DNA from: Candidatus Sericytochromatia bacterium | GTDB lineage: Bacteria > Cyanobacteriota > Sericytochromatia > S15B-MN24 > JAQBPE01 | DNA length: 64,000 bases | Assembly: GCA_040400605.1 (NCBI GenBank) | Contig: JBBAPZ010000015.1 | Location: 29,760 to 93,759, forward strand | Direction of reading: 5' to 3' | In this document: positions 31,194 to 41,042 of the stretch, in pieces | Position numbering within the stretch: position 1 is the first letter of the stretch | How the letters are laid out: each line of letters begins with the position of its first letter | Position numbers and translations under genes: made by a program | The notes under the pieces: model-generated | What the model saw: only the letters and a program-made list of their open reading frames with translations | Told to the model about the DNA's origin: nothing | The model's database searches: none

Positions 31194-32828
31194 ATGAATG
31201 AGTTCCTGAAACAATTGGTTGCAGACGCCACCCGCATCTGGCAACAGATGACCGGAGCCCAGCGTGCCATTTTGTTGGGAACGCTCGCGGTTACCCTCGC
31301 ATTTGTTGTTTTTGTCGTCCTGTGGGCGCAACGCCCGGACTATGTCGTGCTTTACAGCAAACTGGGCGACCAGGATGCGGGTGCGATCATCACGAAACTC
31401 AAGGAACGGGGCGTACCATATCAGCTTGAGGCGGACACCATCAAGGTGCCGTCTAATGCGGTTCATGAAGTTCGTTTGAACCTGGCGAGCGCAGGTTTGC
31501 CCTCGGGGGGTACAGTCGGATTTCAGGAGTTGTTCAGTGGCAACGCCAACTGGACCGCCACGGATTTTGAGCGCCGCCTGAACTACCAACGGGGGCTTGA
31601 AGGCGAGCTTTCACGGACCATCGAGGCCATTCAGGGTGTCGAGAAGGCACGTGTGCACATCGTGATTCCCAAAGAATCGCTGTTCGTGGAAGATGAACAA
31701 GAGACCACGGCATCGGTTATGTTGACGTTGGAGCCGCTCGCGAAGCTGGAAGTGGCGCAGGTGCGTTCGGTGCAGCATATGGTTGCGAAGGCTGTGCCGC
31801 GCTTGAAGCAGGAGCAGGTGTTCATCACCGACACGGCGGGGCGGGATTACACCGAAGAACTGGCCAAGGCGTATCCGGGGGCGGTGGGTGGTACGGACCT
31901 GACGTCGCGTCAAATGGACATCAAGCGTCGGTATGAACGTGATCTGGAGCGCCGGATCCAAGACATGTTGGACCCTGTGCTCGGTCAGGACAATTCAATC
32001 GTGCGGGTGTACACCAAGTGGGACTTTTCACAGACTGAAACCAACGCGGAGATTTATACGCCGTCCCAAGGTGGTGCAAATGGTGGCATTTTGCTGTCAG
32101 AGAAATCCAAAAAGGAAAACTACAAAGGCGCAATGGGCGCAGATGGGGGTGCGCCGGGCAATACATCGAATGCGGACCCGACGTATATGGCCGCCCGTAC
32201 AGGCAATGGGGATTACAACAACGAAGAGACCACCCGCAACTTCGATGTCAACAAAGAGGTGCAGCGGCGGGTCAAGGAGCCGGCGGTGCTGCAGGACACA
32301 TCGGTTTCGATTGTTTTCAACCCGCCGCGTACGTTGAACGCGCAAGGAATTCGTGAACAAGAGACCAATTTGGCGCGAATGGTGGCGGCGGCAGCGGGCA
32401 TTGAAAACGTGCAGCAAAAGGTGTCGGTCAAAGCGTTGCCATTCAATAACACGGCGCGTCTGGCGGCCGAACGGGCGGCTTCGGAGGATGCGCGCTGGAA
32501 TAACATCGTTCGCTACGGGACCTTGGCTGCGGCGTTGCTGTTGGGGCTTGTTGCACTGGTTCTGCTGCTTGCGACTTTCCGTCGGCGCCGCGCCGAGGAT
32601 GCGCAGGAAATGGATGAGGTGTTGCCACGTTTGCCGGCGGATGATTTGGGTATTACGTTATTGGATGAAGAGTTTGAGCTTGGCAGCGGCAGCTCCCGCC
32701 AGTCGTCGCCCGTACCACCGGAACAGGCGCGGTTGCAGGAATTGCAAGAGGAGCTCAGCAGCTTCATCAAGAGCCAGCCCAAAGATGCCATCAAGCTGTT
32801 GCGGGCGTGGAAAGGTGAGGACGATTAA
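31194..32828 (+). CDS. fliF: Flagellar MS-ring protein FliF
   Basis: GLPSGGTVGFQELF, RGLEGELSRTI, ARVHIVIPKESLF..TASV; two TM regions. Confidence 0.98.
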   Translation: MNEFLKQLVADATRIWQQMTGAQRAILLGTLAVTLAFVVFVVLWAQRPDYVVLYSKLGDQDAGAIITKLKERGVPYQLEADTIKVPSNAVHEVRLNLASAGLPSGGTVGFQELFSGNANWTATDFERRLNYQRGLEGELSRTIEAIQGVEKARVHIVIPKESLFVEDEQETTASVMLTLEPLAKLEVAQVRSVQHMVAKAVPRLKQEQVFITDTAGRDYTEELAKAYPGAVGGTDLTSRQMDIKRRYERDLERRIQDMLDPVLGQDNSIVRVYTKWDFSQTETNAEIYTPSQGGANGGILLSEKSKKENYKGAMGADGGAPGNTSNADPTYMAARTGNGDYNNEETTRNFDVNKEVQRRVKEPAVLQDTSVSIVFNPPRTLNAQGIREQETNLARMVAAAAGIENVQQKVSVKALPFNNTARLAAERAASEDARWNNIVRYGTLAAALLLGLVALVLLLATFRRRRAEDAQEMDEVLPRLPADDLGITLLDEEFELGSGSSRQSSPVPPEQARLQELQEELSSFIKSQPKDAIKLLRAWKGEDD

Positions 32829-32831
32829 CGC

Positions 32832-33863
32832 GTGGCGCTTCATGAGAAGAAGAAGACTTTCCAGCAGCTCACGGGTCGCGAAAAGTCTGCCATTTTGATG
32901 ATCACCCTCGGGCATGAGGTGGCGTCAGAGATTTTGCGTGCCATCAGCGATGAGGAAGAGCTTGCCGAGCTGACCATGGAAATTGCCAATATGGGCAAGA
33001 TTCAGCCGGATATTGCCAAAGCGGTTGTCGAAGAGTTTTACGACCTTTACCGGGCAAGCATGTACATCACCAATGGGGGGGTGGAGTGGGCGCGTGAGGC
33101 GCTGGCGAAGGCGGTTGGCCCAGATCGTGCGGCGGATGTGCTGGCGCGGTTGTCAACGTCGCTGACCACGGTGCCTTTTGAGTTTGTGAGGCGCATTGAC
33201 GCCAACCAATTGTTGGGTTTCATACAAAACGAGCATCCGCAGACCATTGCGTTGATTCTGGCGTATCTGAAGCCTGATCAGGCAGCCTTGATCATCGGTG
33301 GCCTGCCGCCCGAGGCGCAGGCGGACGTGGCGGGTCGCATTGCGTTGATGGATCGCACCTCCCCCACCATCATTCGGGAAGTCGAAAAGATACTGGAACG
33401 CAAGTTTTCCTCGGTGGTGTCGCAGGATTTCTTCAATGCGGGGGGCATCAAGAGTTTGGTCGAAGTGCTCAATCGGGCGGCGCGTTCGACGGAAAAGACC
33501 ATTATCGAGAATTTGGAGGAGCAAAATCCCGAACTCGCCGAAGAGATCAAGAAGCTCATGTTCGTGTTCGAAGATATCATCTTGTTGGATGATCGCGGCA
33601 TTCAACGGGTGCTTAAGGAAGTGGACAGCCGCGAGTTGGCCTTGGCGCTCAAAGCGGCCAACGAAGAAGTCAAAGCCAAGGTATTCAAGAACATGTCCGA
33701 GCGCATGTCAGCGATCATCAAAGACGAGTTGGAGTTTATGGGTCCGGTGCGGCTGCGGGACATCGAAGAAGTCCAGCAAAAAATTGTGGCGCAGATCCGC
33801 AAGCTCGAAGAAATGGGCGAAATCATCATTGGTCGCGGTGGTCAAGACGAACTCGTAATGTAA
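32832..33863 (+). CDS. fliG: Flagellar motor switch protein FliG
   Basis: EHPQTIALIL, MFVFED and GPVRLRDIEE. Confidence 0.98.
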   Translation: MALHEKKKTFQQLTGREKSAILMITLGHEVASEILRAISDEEELAELTMEIANMGKIQPDIAKAVVEEFYDLYRASMYITNGGVEWAREALAKAVGPDRAADVLARLSTSLTTVPFEFVRRIDANQLLGFIQNEHPQTIALILAYLKPDQAALIIGGLPPEAQADVAGRIALMDRTSPTIIREVEKILERKFSSVVSQDFFNAGGIKSLVEVLNRAARSTEKTIIENLEEQNPELAEEIKKLMFVFEDIILLDDRGIQRVLKEVDSRELALALKAANEEVKAKVFKNMSERMSAIIKDELEFMGPVRLRDIEEVQQKIVAQIRKLEEMGEIIIGRGGQDELVM

Positions 33864-33875
33864 GGATGAACGATC

Positions 33876-35108
33876 TTGGCGCCCAAAATCATCAAATCGG
33901 CCAAGTTTGAAGATGGTTCCTATGCCATCCAGGCGCCACGCATGGGCGTGGCGGAACAATCCCTTGAAGCGGATGTATCGGTCGCCTCACCGTCAGACGC
34001 GCAGGGCATCATACAAAATGCGCACATGGAAGCGGCCCTGATCATTCAAGACGCGCAGGGCCTCGCGGAAGTAATGCTCCAGCAGGCCCGTTCAAAGGCA
34101 CAACAAGAGGCCAACCACGTCAGTGAACAGGCCCGCGAGCAGGCCGCGGCGGAGGGCTATGAAGTGGGAATTGAGCGGGGTAGACAAGAAGCGAACGTTC
34201 AGATCGCCAAGCAACTGGCCGCGCTGCAACAGGCCGACAAAGAAGCGCAGGATCGGCGCGCGACACAATTGCAGGAATTGGAACACGAGGTGCTTGAACT
34301 GAGTCTTGGCATCGCAGCCAAACTGGTGGCGGTTGAACTTGGACAGAGCAGACAAGGTGCTGTTGCGATGGTGCGGGCTGCATTGCAACACTTGAGCGAG
34401 CGGCAGCGTGTCAGGCTGAGGGTGCATCCGTTGGACTTGCATCTGCTCACACAGAGCAAGCAAATGCTCATCGACGGGGTGGATGGTTTAAGCGAGCTGG
34501 AGCTTGTACCGGACACCCGTTTGGGTTTGGGTGGGTGCGTGGTGGAAACGACGACCGGCACCATCGATGCCCGTTTGAGTACCCAGCTTCGTGAGATCGC
34601 GTTCCACTTGCTTAACGCGACACCGACCGTGGATGGAGAAGCGTTGCCTGCGCACGTGCAGGCAGCCATCCGTGCGTTGGGACCAGCGCCATTGGGAGAG
34701 GCGATCGCCATACAGACACCCCTCCGCCCCGAGGCCCAGCAACCGTTGCCGGAAGCCCCCGAGCCATTCACTGAGGCGGCTTTGGATGCGGTGCCAGCGG
34801 AGGTGGCACCAACGGTGGTTGAAGCAGTGGTACCGATTGTGACGGTAGAGGCCGCGACGTGGGATGAAGCCATTGAGGGGGCGCTGCCACAGCCTGCGAT
34901 GCTCCTTGACGGGGTAACGGGTGTCTTGGCGGATGGCTGGCAAGGGGCTGACCAAGACGTGGTGAAGGTGTTGGGTCAAGACGGGCACCTGACGGATGAC
35001 GCGCAAACAGGGTTTGCGCAAACGGACACGGCTGCCAGTGCGACTGGCAGTGTGTTGAATAAACGCGGTGGCAAAGGTTTACGCGGTATCAAGCCGCGGT
35101 CGGGATAA
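33876..35108 (+). CDS. fliH: Flagellar export protein FliH, with a long acidic C-terminal tail
   Basis: AxxxGxxxG repeat (EGYEVGIERG), RVHPLD and GGCVVETTTGTIDARL; between fliG and fliI. Confidence 0.92.
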   Translation: MAPKIIKSAKFEDGSYAIQAPRMGVAEQSLEADVSVASPSDAQGIIQNAHMEAALIIQDAQGLAEVMLQQARSKAQQEANHVSEQAREQAAAEGYEVGIERGRQEANVQIAKQLAALQQADKEAQDRRATQLQELEHEVLELSLGIAAKLVAVELGQSRQGAVAMVRAALQHLSERQRVRLRVHPLDLHLLTQSKQMLIDGVDGLSELELVPDTRLGLGGCVVETTTGTIDARLSTQLREIAFHLLNATPTVDGEALPAHVQAAIRALGPAPLGEAIAIQTPLRPEAQQPLPEAPEPFTEAALDAVPAEVAPTVVEAVVPIVTVEAATWDEAIEGALPQPAMLLDGVTGVLADGWQGADQDVVKVLGQDGHLTDDAQTGFAQTDTAASATGSVLNKRGGKGLRGIKPRSG

Positions 35109-35112
35109 TGCT

Positions 35113-36447
35113 GTGACGTTGCGGGATCACATTCAGCGGGTCAAAGGGCTCAAGTCCGTACGGGCGGAGGGGCGAGTCGCGCAGGTTGTCGGTTTGGTGA
35201 TCGAGTCGATCGGACCGGCAGCACGCCTGGGCGAGCTGTGTTTGATCAGCGCTGATCCAACCGCACCCCCCATTGCCGCCGAAGTGGTTGGATTTCGACA
35301 AGAACGCCTGTTGCTGATGCCCTTGGGGGACATGAGTGGCATCATGCCGGGTTCGGAAGTGGTGGCGACGGGCCGGCCACTGAGTGTCGGGGTGGGGCGA
35401 GCGCTGCTCGGGCGTGTGTTGGATGGTTTGGGACGGCCCATCGACGGCTTGGGCACGCCGCAAGGTCTGATGCGGGTGCCTGTGGATGCCGCGCCACCCA
35501 ACCCCCTCACGCGTCAACGCATCCGTGACGTGATGCCTTTTGGGGTGCGTGCGTTGGATGCCGTGCTGACTTGTGGTCGGGGACAGCGCCTGGGTATCTT
35601 CGCGGGGTCGGGCGTGGGTAAAAGCACCTTGCTTGGAATGATTACCCGTCAGGCCCGGTCGGATATCACGGTCGTGTGTCTGGTTGGCGAGCGAGGCCGC
35701 GAGGTGCGTGATTTTATCGAACGTGACTTGGGACCCGAGGGTCTGGCACGTTCAATCGTGGTGGTGGCCACGTCTGACCAAAGTGCGTTGCAACGGATCA
35801 AAGCCGCTTATACGGCAACGGCGATCGCCGAACATTTCCGTGACGAAGGCCTGGATGTCGTGCTGTTGATGGACTCGGTCACCCGCTTTGCGATGGCCCA
35901 GCGCGAAGTCGGATTATCAATTGGTGAACCACCCACCACCAAAGGCTACACCCCTTCCGTGTTCGCGCACCTCCCGCGTCTGCTGGAACGCGCCGGTACG
36001 GCCACCAGAGGGTCGATCACCGGTCTGTACACGGTACTAGTCGAGGCGGATGACTTCAACGAACCCATCAGCGACGCCGTGCGGGGTATTTTGGATGGCC
36101 ATGTGATACTGTCACGGGCTTTGGCGGCTCAAAACCACTTCCCCGCCATTGACGTCCTGGAGTCCGTCAGCCGGGTGATGCCCGAACTTGTCAGTGAAGA
36201 GCATCTCAAATCCGCCGGCTGGCTACGTGAAGTGCTCGCGACGCACCGTCAGGCGCAAGACTTGATCAACATCGGGGCGTATCAACGGGGCAGCAACCCG
36301 CAAATTGATGCCGCCATCAGCTTCATTGACCCTTGCAACGAGTTTTTGCGACAAGGGGTTCACGAACAGGCCACTTACGAAAGCGTGATTGCAGAACTCC
36401 AGCAACTCTTCGCGCCACTGTTTGCAGCGAACGTCAACAACCCGTAA
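35113..36447 (+). CDS. fliI: Flagellar export ATPase FliI
   Basis: GIFAGSGVGKST, GERGREV, MDSVTRFAMAQRE and GILDGH. Confidence 0.98.
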   Translation: MTLRDHIQRVKGLKSVRAEGRVAQVVGLVIESIGPAARLGELCLISADPTAPPIAAEVVGFRQERLLLMPLGDMSGIMPGSEVVATGRPLSVGVGRALLGRVLDGLGRPIDGLGTPQGLMRVPVDAAPPNPLTRQRIRDVMPFGVRALDAVLTCGRGQRLGIFAGSGVGKSTLLGMITRQARSDITVVCLVGERGREVRDFIERDLGPEGLARSIVVVATSDQSALQRIKAAYTATAIAEHFRDEGLDVVLLMDSVTRFAMAQREVGLSIGEPPTTKGYTPSVFAHLPRLLERAGTATRGSITGLYTVLVEADDFNEPISDAVRGILDGHVILSRALAAQNHFPAIDVLESVSRVMPELVSEEHLKSAGWLREVLATHRQAQDLINIGAYQRGSNPQIDAAISFIDPCNEFLRQGVHEQATYESVIAELQQLFAPLFAANVNNP

Positions 36448-36885
36448 GCAGGGCCCATACAGGCGATCACGATGGCGATCGATGGCCAAAAACCATCGCA
36501 AAGTTTCCGTTCAACTTGCTGAAGCGGCAAACAGCAATACCCATACGGCTGGTTCGCATGCATTGTCGTGAGCGCAGTTATCCGTTGATTGCCAGGATGC
36601 AACGGACATTCGACAGGGCGCGTCGAAAAATCCTGAAAACGAGGTCACGACCTTATCGGTTGACTGTTTTCGAACCATAAAAAAATTGAAATCAGCCCGG
36701 AGGCAAGATGCCGTGAAACAAGTATCCAAAGGGCGTTTCAAGTACTTTTTGTTTTGTGAAGTTTCAACAAGCGTCACGCGACCTGTCGAATCCTCGGAAG
36801 GGGTTATCGGGCGCTTGGGTGTCGCTCTTCGTGCCGTCCTCCCGTAGGCTCAATGGGTAATTCCCGCTTAGTGGAGGGTGACTGC

Positions 36886-38562
36886 ATGGCTGAGCTGCGC
36901 TGGTTGGTGGTCATGGGAGTTGCAATCGTGCTGATGGCTTGTCAGCATCCCATCACGCGCGACGGCGCTCGGCAAAGCGTTTCAAGATTCGCCGTGGGGA
37001 CGGCGAGCACGATTTGGATCGACCCCGGCAAGGTGCGTCATGCAGCAAGCCCTTACGTGATGAGTTTCAACCGCAATCACAACCATCGTCAATTTGAACG
37101 TCACAAAATGAGTTATCACGCGATGGACCTGGCAATGGCGCAGCTTGCGCCAAAATGGGGTGACACGTATCTGGAGAACTTGAGACAGGCCGGGTATCCG
37201 GCCAAGTCCGACGCCCGAAGTCTGTATCGCAGTGGGCATGGTCCGACTGATGGAAGACTGGATTACCCGGAACTGACCGGTTATCGTTTTTTAGAAATGT
37301 GGAACCTGGATGGCCGGTTGAACAGTTGGGATGGCTATTGTTACGATGATTTTCGCTACTTTTTGTCCGAGGCACGGGCGTGGAACTCGGAATTACTGGT
37401 GACGGTCAACTTTGGCTCAGACAGTCCGCAAAGTGCCGGACAATTGACGGCTTACCTGAATCGCCCGGTTGACCCGCTCAAGATGCGATATCCGCTGAAT
37501 GGGGTGGAAACGACGCAAGCACCGGTCAAGTTGCCCGAAGCGTTTATGTTCGAGATCGGAAACGAGCTGCAACTGCCTCAACAGATTGGCCATACCAGGG
37601 CCCGTACGATTGAGCAATACGTTCAAGAGTCGGTGCCATACATCCAGCAGATTCGGCAGGAGAGTCCCGTTCCAGTTAAAATCGCGCTGGCAGGCGCCGT
37701 CAATGTGTTTTGGGGCGGTCCAGCGGGGTGGCAACAGCAAGGGGCGATGATCGACGCCTTCATGCAGGCGTGTGTCCGGAACGCCATCCGGATTGAGGCG
37801 TTGCAATACCACGGTTATCCCAAGTATCCGATCAGCGAAAAAATGGCTGGTCCGACCTATGCGGATCAACTCACCGCACGCACGCTGCTCCCAGTCATCA
37901 ATCGCGTGCCCCACCAACTCGAAATCTGGAACAACGAATGCCACGCAGACTCAAAAGCACCACGCAACACGGGACTTTACGGTGCCTTGCACCAGGCGGC
38001 GACAATCGCCTACGCGTTCAACCGCAGCCACCGCCAGCACCAACTAACCCCCATCGTCACCGATTTCGCACTCTGGCACGCCGGCAAAACCAACGGCAAT
38101 GACTCCCTCTACTTTCAAAACAACAACGCCAACCACACAACCCCCATTTACGCCCTGCGTCGTTTGTTGGCCGCAAACTGGGGCGATTGGGTCATCAACA
38201 GCCAATGGAACGGTGGCGAACACTGGGTTGACCATGGCCGCAGCAACACGCAAACAAAGGTGCCGGGCCTGCTGGTGTCTGCCAGCTTGAGCGCGGACGG
38301 GCACTGGATCCACGCACTCATCATCAATCAGACACGTGCGACGCCCATCGACGCCCATCTGGCGTGGCCCAAGCAGTTCGAACTGGCAGAAGGTACCCTC
38401 TCCCGCCTTGTTGCGCAACCGGGTCACGACGCCTGGGATGCGGCGTGGAATGAGGTATCGGTTTTCGAAAACGAGCGCTTTGCACCCTTAAGCAACCACG
38501 TATGGCCGGCGGCTTCAATCTCGCTGATCACCCTGCCGATCACGCAATCAGACGCTATTTGA
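36886..38562 (+). CDS. Lipoprotein glycoside hydrolase, clan GH-A (GH51/GH39-like)
   Basis: Lipobox LMAC; TVNFG, FEIGNE (acid/base), QYHGY, IWNNEC (candidate nucleophile); beta-sandwich C-terminus ending PAASISLI. Confidence 0.7.
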   Translation: MAELRWLVVMGVAIVLMACQHPITRDGARQSVSRFAVGTASTIWIDPGKVRHAASPYVMSFNRNHNHRQFERHKMSYHAMDLAMAQLAPKWGDTYLENLRQAGYPAKSDARSLYRSGHGPTDGRLDYPELTGYRFLEMWNLDGRLNSWDGYCYDDFRYFLSEARAWNSELLVTVNFGSDSPQSAGQLTAYLNRPVDPLKMRYPLNGVETTQAPVKLPEAFMFEIGNELQLPQQIGHTRARTIEQYVQESVPYIQQIRQESPVPVKIALAGAVNVFWGGPAGWQQQGAMIDAFMQACVRNAIRIEALQYHGYPKYPISEKMAGPTYADQLTARTLLPVINRVPHQLEIWNNECHADSKAPRNTGLYGALHQAATIAYAFNRSHRQHQLTPIVTDFALWHAGKTNGNDSLYFQNNNANHTTPIYALRRLLAANWGDWVINSQWNGGEHWVDHGRSNTQTKVPGLLVSASLSADGHWIHALIINQTRATPIDAHLAWPKQFELAEGTLSRLVAQPGHDAWDAAWNEVSVFENERFAPLSNHVWPAASISLITLPITQSDAI

Positions 38563-39286
38563 CCACCTGACAGACACGGGCACCCTGCGCCACGACCTTA
38601 CGCCCCCTAAACACGGCGCGCACCGTCAAGCGATGGGCACCCGATTTGAAAATCGCCGTCGGCCACTCTGAATCGAAAGGCGCACGCTTCAGGATTGCCC
38701 AAGGCTTGCCATCAATCTTGATCTCCACATACTCCACATGTTCTACCGGCGACACCCGCAATCTAATTTTCACGTTGCCACGCACCACGGCACCCGACTT
38801 CGGCGATTGAAAAGCCACCGACGCCTTGCCGGTATACACCTTCACCATCGGGCGCGGCTTGTGTTTGCCTGACCAGACTACAAACACCAGACCCAGCACC
38901 ACGAACGAAGCGAACCCCAACTGCACCAGGGGTTGCCCAACCCACGCCTTGACGCGCTCGCCAGGCGTCAAACGTCTTTGGCCCCCTTCACTCACCAACA
39001 TTCGTTTTTTAACACACCGTTGGCAACACCCCGCAGAATTGACACACGCAAAACAATAAGGCCGCTTGCAGCTCAGGCAGCGTTTTGCAGCTACAGTGTC
39101 CTTATGCTGCAAACAGTAAACCCGGCTCGGTTTTTTACCGTCTGAATTTCCTTTTTTGAAGGCACTCTGGCAAGTCGCACAACGCAACTCCGTCCCATTG
39201 ATGCGACAGCGATCGCAAATGAAATGCTTGCACTCAGGGCACTTGCCAGTGCCTTTTTTTTCGGGATGATAATGACACTCAGCCAC
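38555..39286 (-). CDS. Membrane protein: two B-box-like Zn fingers, TM helix, bacterial Ig-like domain
   Basis: CHYH..CPEC..CDRC..CATC and CLQH..CLSC..CFAC..CQRC, a hydrophobic segment, then SPKSGAVVRG..IDG..APF..W.T..G.H.L. Confidence 0.8.
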   Translation of the reverse strand: MAECHYHPEKKGTGKCPECKHFICDRCRINGTELRCATCQSAFKKGNSDGKKPSRVYCLQHKDTVAAKRCLSCKRPYCFACVNSAGCCQRCVKKRMLVSEGGQRRLTPGERVKAWVGQPLVQLGFASFVVLGLVFVVWSGKHKPRPMVKVYTGKASVAFQSPKSGAVVRGNVKIRLRVSPVEHVEYVEIKIDGKPWAILKRAPFDSEWPTAIFKSGAHRLTVRAVFRGRKVVAQGARVCQVVK

Positions 39287-39345
39287 GACAACGTGTCCGT
39301 CCTGAAATCAGGTAAAATGAAGCGTCATCCGAAAAACGACGCGGT

Positions 39346-40056
39346 TCAATACACATTCCGCACCCGTACGGTACGCTTCTGTGTCACCTTGCGTCCATCT
39401 GCATAGATTGCCGTGGCTTGAATGATGTGTTCACCATTGGTGAACAACGATGTCTGCCACTCCAGCGTAAACGGCGCTTGACGCATCCGCCCCCAATATT
39501 TTCCATCAATGTTCACGTCCAAACTCTTGATGTGTTTTGGGGAAACCACATCGAACACCATTTTGTAGGTATGGGACACAAGTGCGCGATTGGCCGGTTG
39601 CTTGATGGACAGTGCGATGGGTACCGGTTTGTTTTTCTTCTTTTTGTCGGCTTCGTATTTCTGGTACCACTTGTAACCCTGCATCCCGCCCCAGGCGGTT
39701 CCGCCGAGCAAAGCCAGTACCGTCAAAACCTTCAAACCGCGCTTGATCATAGGCCACACACGAACAGGCTTGCCGTTGGTCTTGCCCTTGAACTTGGCCG
39801 GCACAGCACTGGAAACCTGACGCGACGGCTGCTCTGGCGCATCCGTATACCCTGTCAGCGACAACGCGTCATAACCAAGGCCATCACCCGATGCCTGCTG
39901 AGACAGAACACGGCCCCCGCTGTCTTCGAGGTAAAAGCGACAAGCGCCGCACCGATCCCCGTTGCCATCTTCCAGACACTGGGCGCAAATCGCCATCATG
40001 CAATCTGGGCAAACCGTTTCACTTTGATTTTCAGCGTGATAATAACAAGCTTCCAT
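39346..40056 (-). CDS. Membrane protein: B-box-like Zn finger, TM helix, bacterial Ig-like domain
   Basis: CYYH..CPDC..CAQC..CGAC, TM, then IDGKYW..APFTLEWQTSLFTNGEHII; paralogue of the neighbouring gene. Confidence 0.8.
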   Translation of the reverse strand: MEACYYHAENQSETVCPDCMMAICAQCLEDGNGDRCGACRFYLEDSGGRVLSQQASGDGLGYDALSLTGYTDAPEQPSRQVSSAVPAKFKGKTNGKPVRVWPMIKRGLKVLTVLALLGGTAWGGMQGYKWYQKYEADKKKKNKPVPIALSIKQPANRALVSHTYKMVFDVVSPKHIKSLDVNIDGKYWGRMRQAPFTLEWQTSLFTNGEHIIQATAIYADGRKVTQKRTVRVRNVY

Positions 40057-40133
40057 ATTTCCGCCATCAGTTGTGCAAGGTCACACCCATTATGCCCAGT
40101 CTCGCGCATTTGTAGCATCCGCGCAAAACACTT

Positions 40134-41042
40134 TCAGGCGGAATATTTTAACGCGGGGTCCTGCTCCGATCGCAAAACTTGACGAATCCATCGACAACCG
40201 GTGCGCCAGACGAGCGCCGCCAAGACGGTCAGTCCTGCCAGGCAGGTTTGTGAGGCACCGACCGGAAACGCGCCCCAAAACGCCCACAAGTAGCCCCCGA
40301 CGGCCGCGATCATGCCGAAGGTGGCAGCCAGGACACTTGTTATCAAGGGACTGTTTGAGACCACCACCGCGGCGAGGGCGGGTGCGACGGACAAGGCGAA
40401 CACTGGCAAGGCACCCAGAGCATGGGTGGCTACCGATACGAAAACGGCAACGGTCATCAGCAAGGTAATGTCCAGCATGGCGACGGGAAGACCGCGGACT
40501 CGAGCACCTTGGGGATCAAAACTGGCGAACAAGAACCCACGTCGCCACCACAATTGCCAAGTGCCGATGACAAGCCCCGTGAGCGCCACCCAACGCAAAT
40601 CGGCGGGGCTCACCATCACACCCGTGCCAAACAGAATCGATTGGATATCATGGGCCTCCTGGCTGATGCGTGTGCCCAGCATCAAGGCCCCTGCTGCGCC
40701 CATGACGTAAATGACGGCCAGCAAGCCCTCGCGGGTGATGAGGCGATGGAACGAACCACGCAAAGCGTGCGCGACAAGCAGGGTCAAAAGCAGCGACCAT
40801 ACCCTGGGTTCCGCGACAGTCGCACTGACGCGCCAGTGGATCTGCGCAAAAAAGGCGAAAGCCACCCCACACCCGGCACTTTGGGACAAAGCGGCCGCCA
40901 CAAACACCATGCGACGCAGCACAATAAAAACACCCAGATAACCAAGAACGGTCCCAGCGATCGCAGCCACCAACAAAGGATCTCTAAAAAGTGCCCAACT
41001 CGACCAAAAAAGATCCCAGGACGCCGTCGTTTCAAGGTTCAT
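40134..41042 (-). CDS. Metal (Zn/Mn) ABC transporter permease, ZnuB-like
   Basis: GYLGVFIVLRRMVFVAAALSQ, ILFG and SFDPQGARVRGL (ABC-3 family). Confidence 0.92.
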   Translation of the reverse strand: MNLETTASWDLFWSSWALFRDPLLVAAIAGTVLGYLGVFIVLRRMVFVAAALSQSAGCGVAFAFFAQIHWRVSATVAEPRVWSLLLTLLVAHALRGSFHRLITREGLLAVIYVMGAAGALMLGTRISQEAHDIQSILFGTGVMVSPADLRWVALTGLVIGTWQLWWRRGFLFASFDPQGARVRGLPVAMLDITLLMTVAVFVSVATHALGALPVFALSVAPALAAVVVSNSPLITSVLAATFGMIAAVGGYLWAFWGAFPVGASQTCLAGLTVLAALVWRTGCRWIRQVLRSEQDPALKYSA

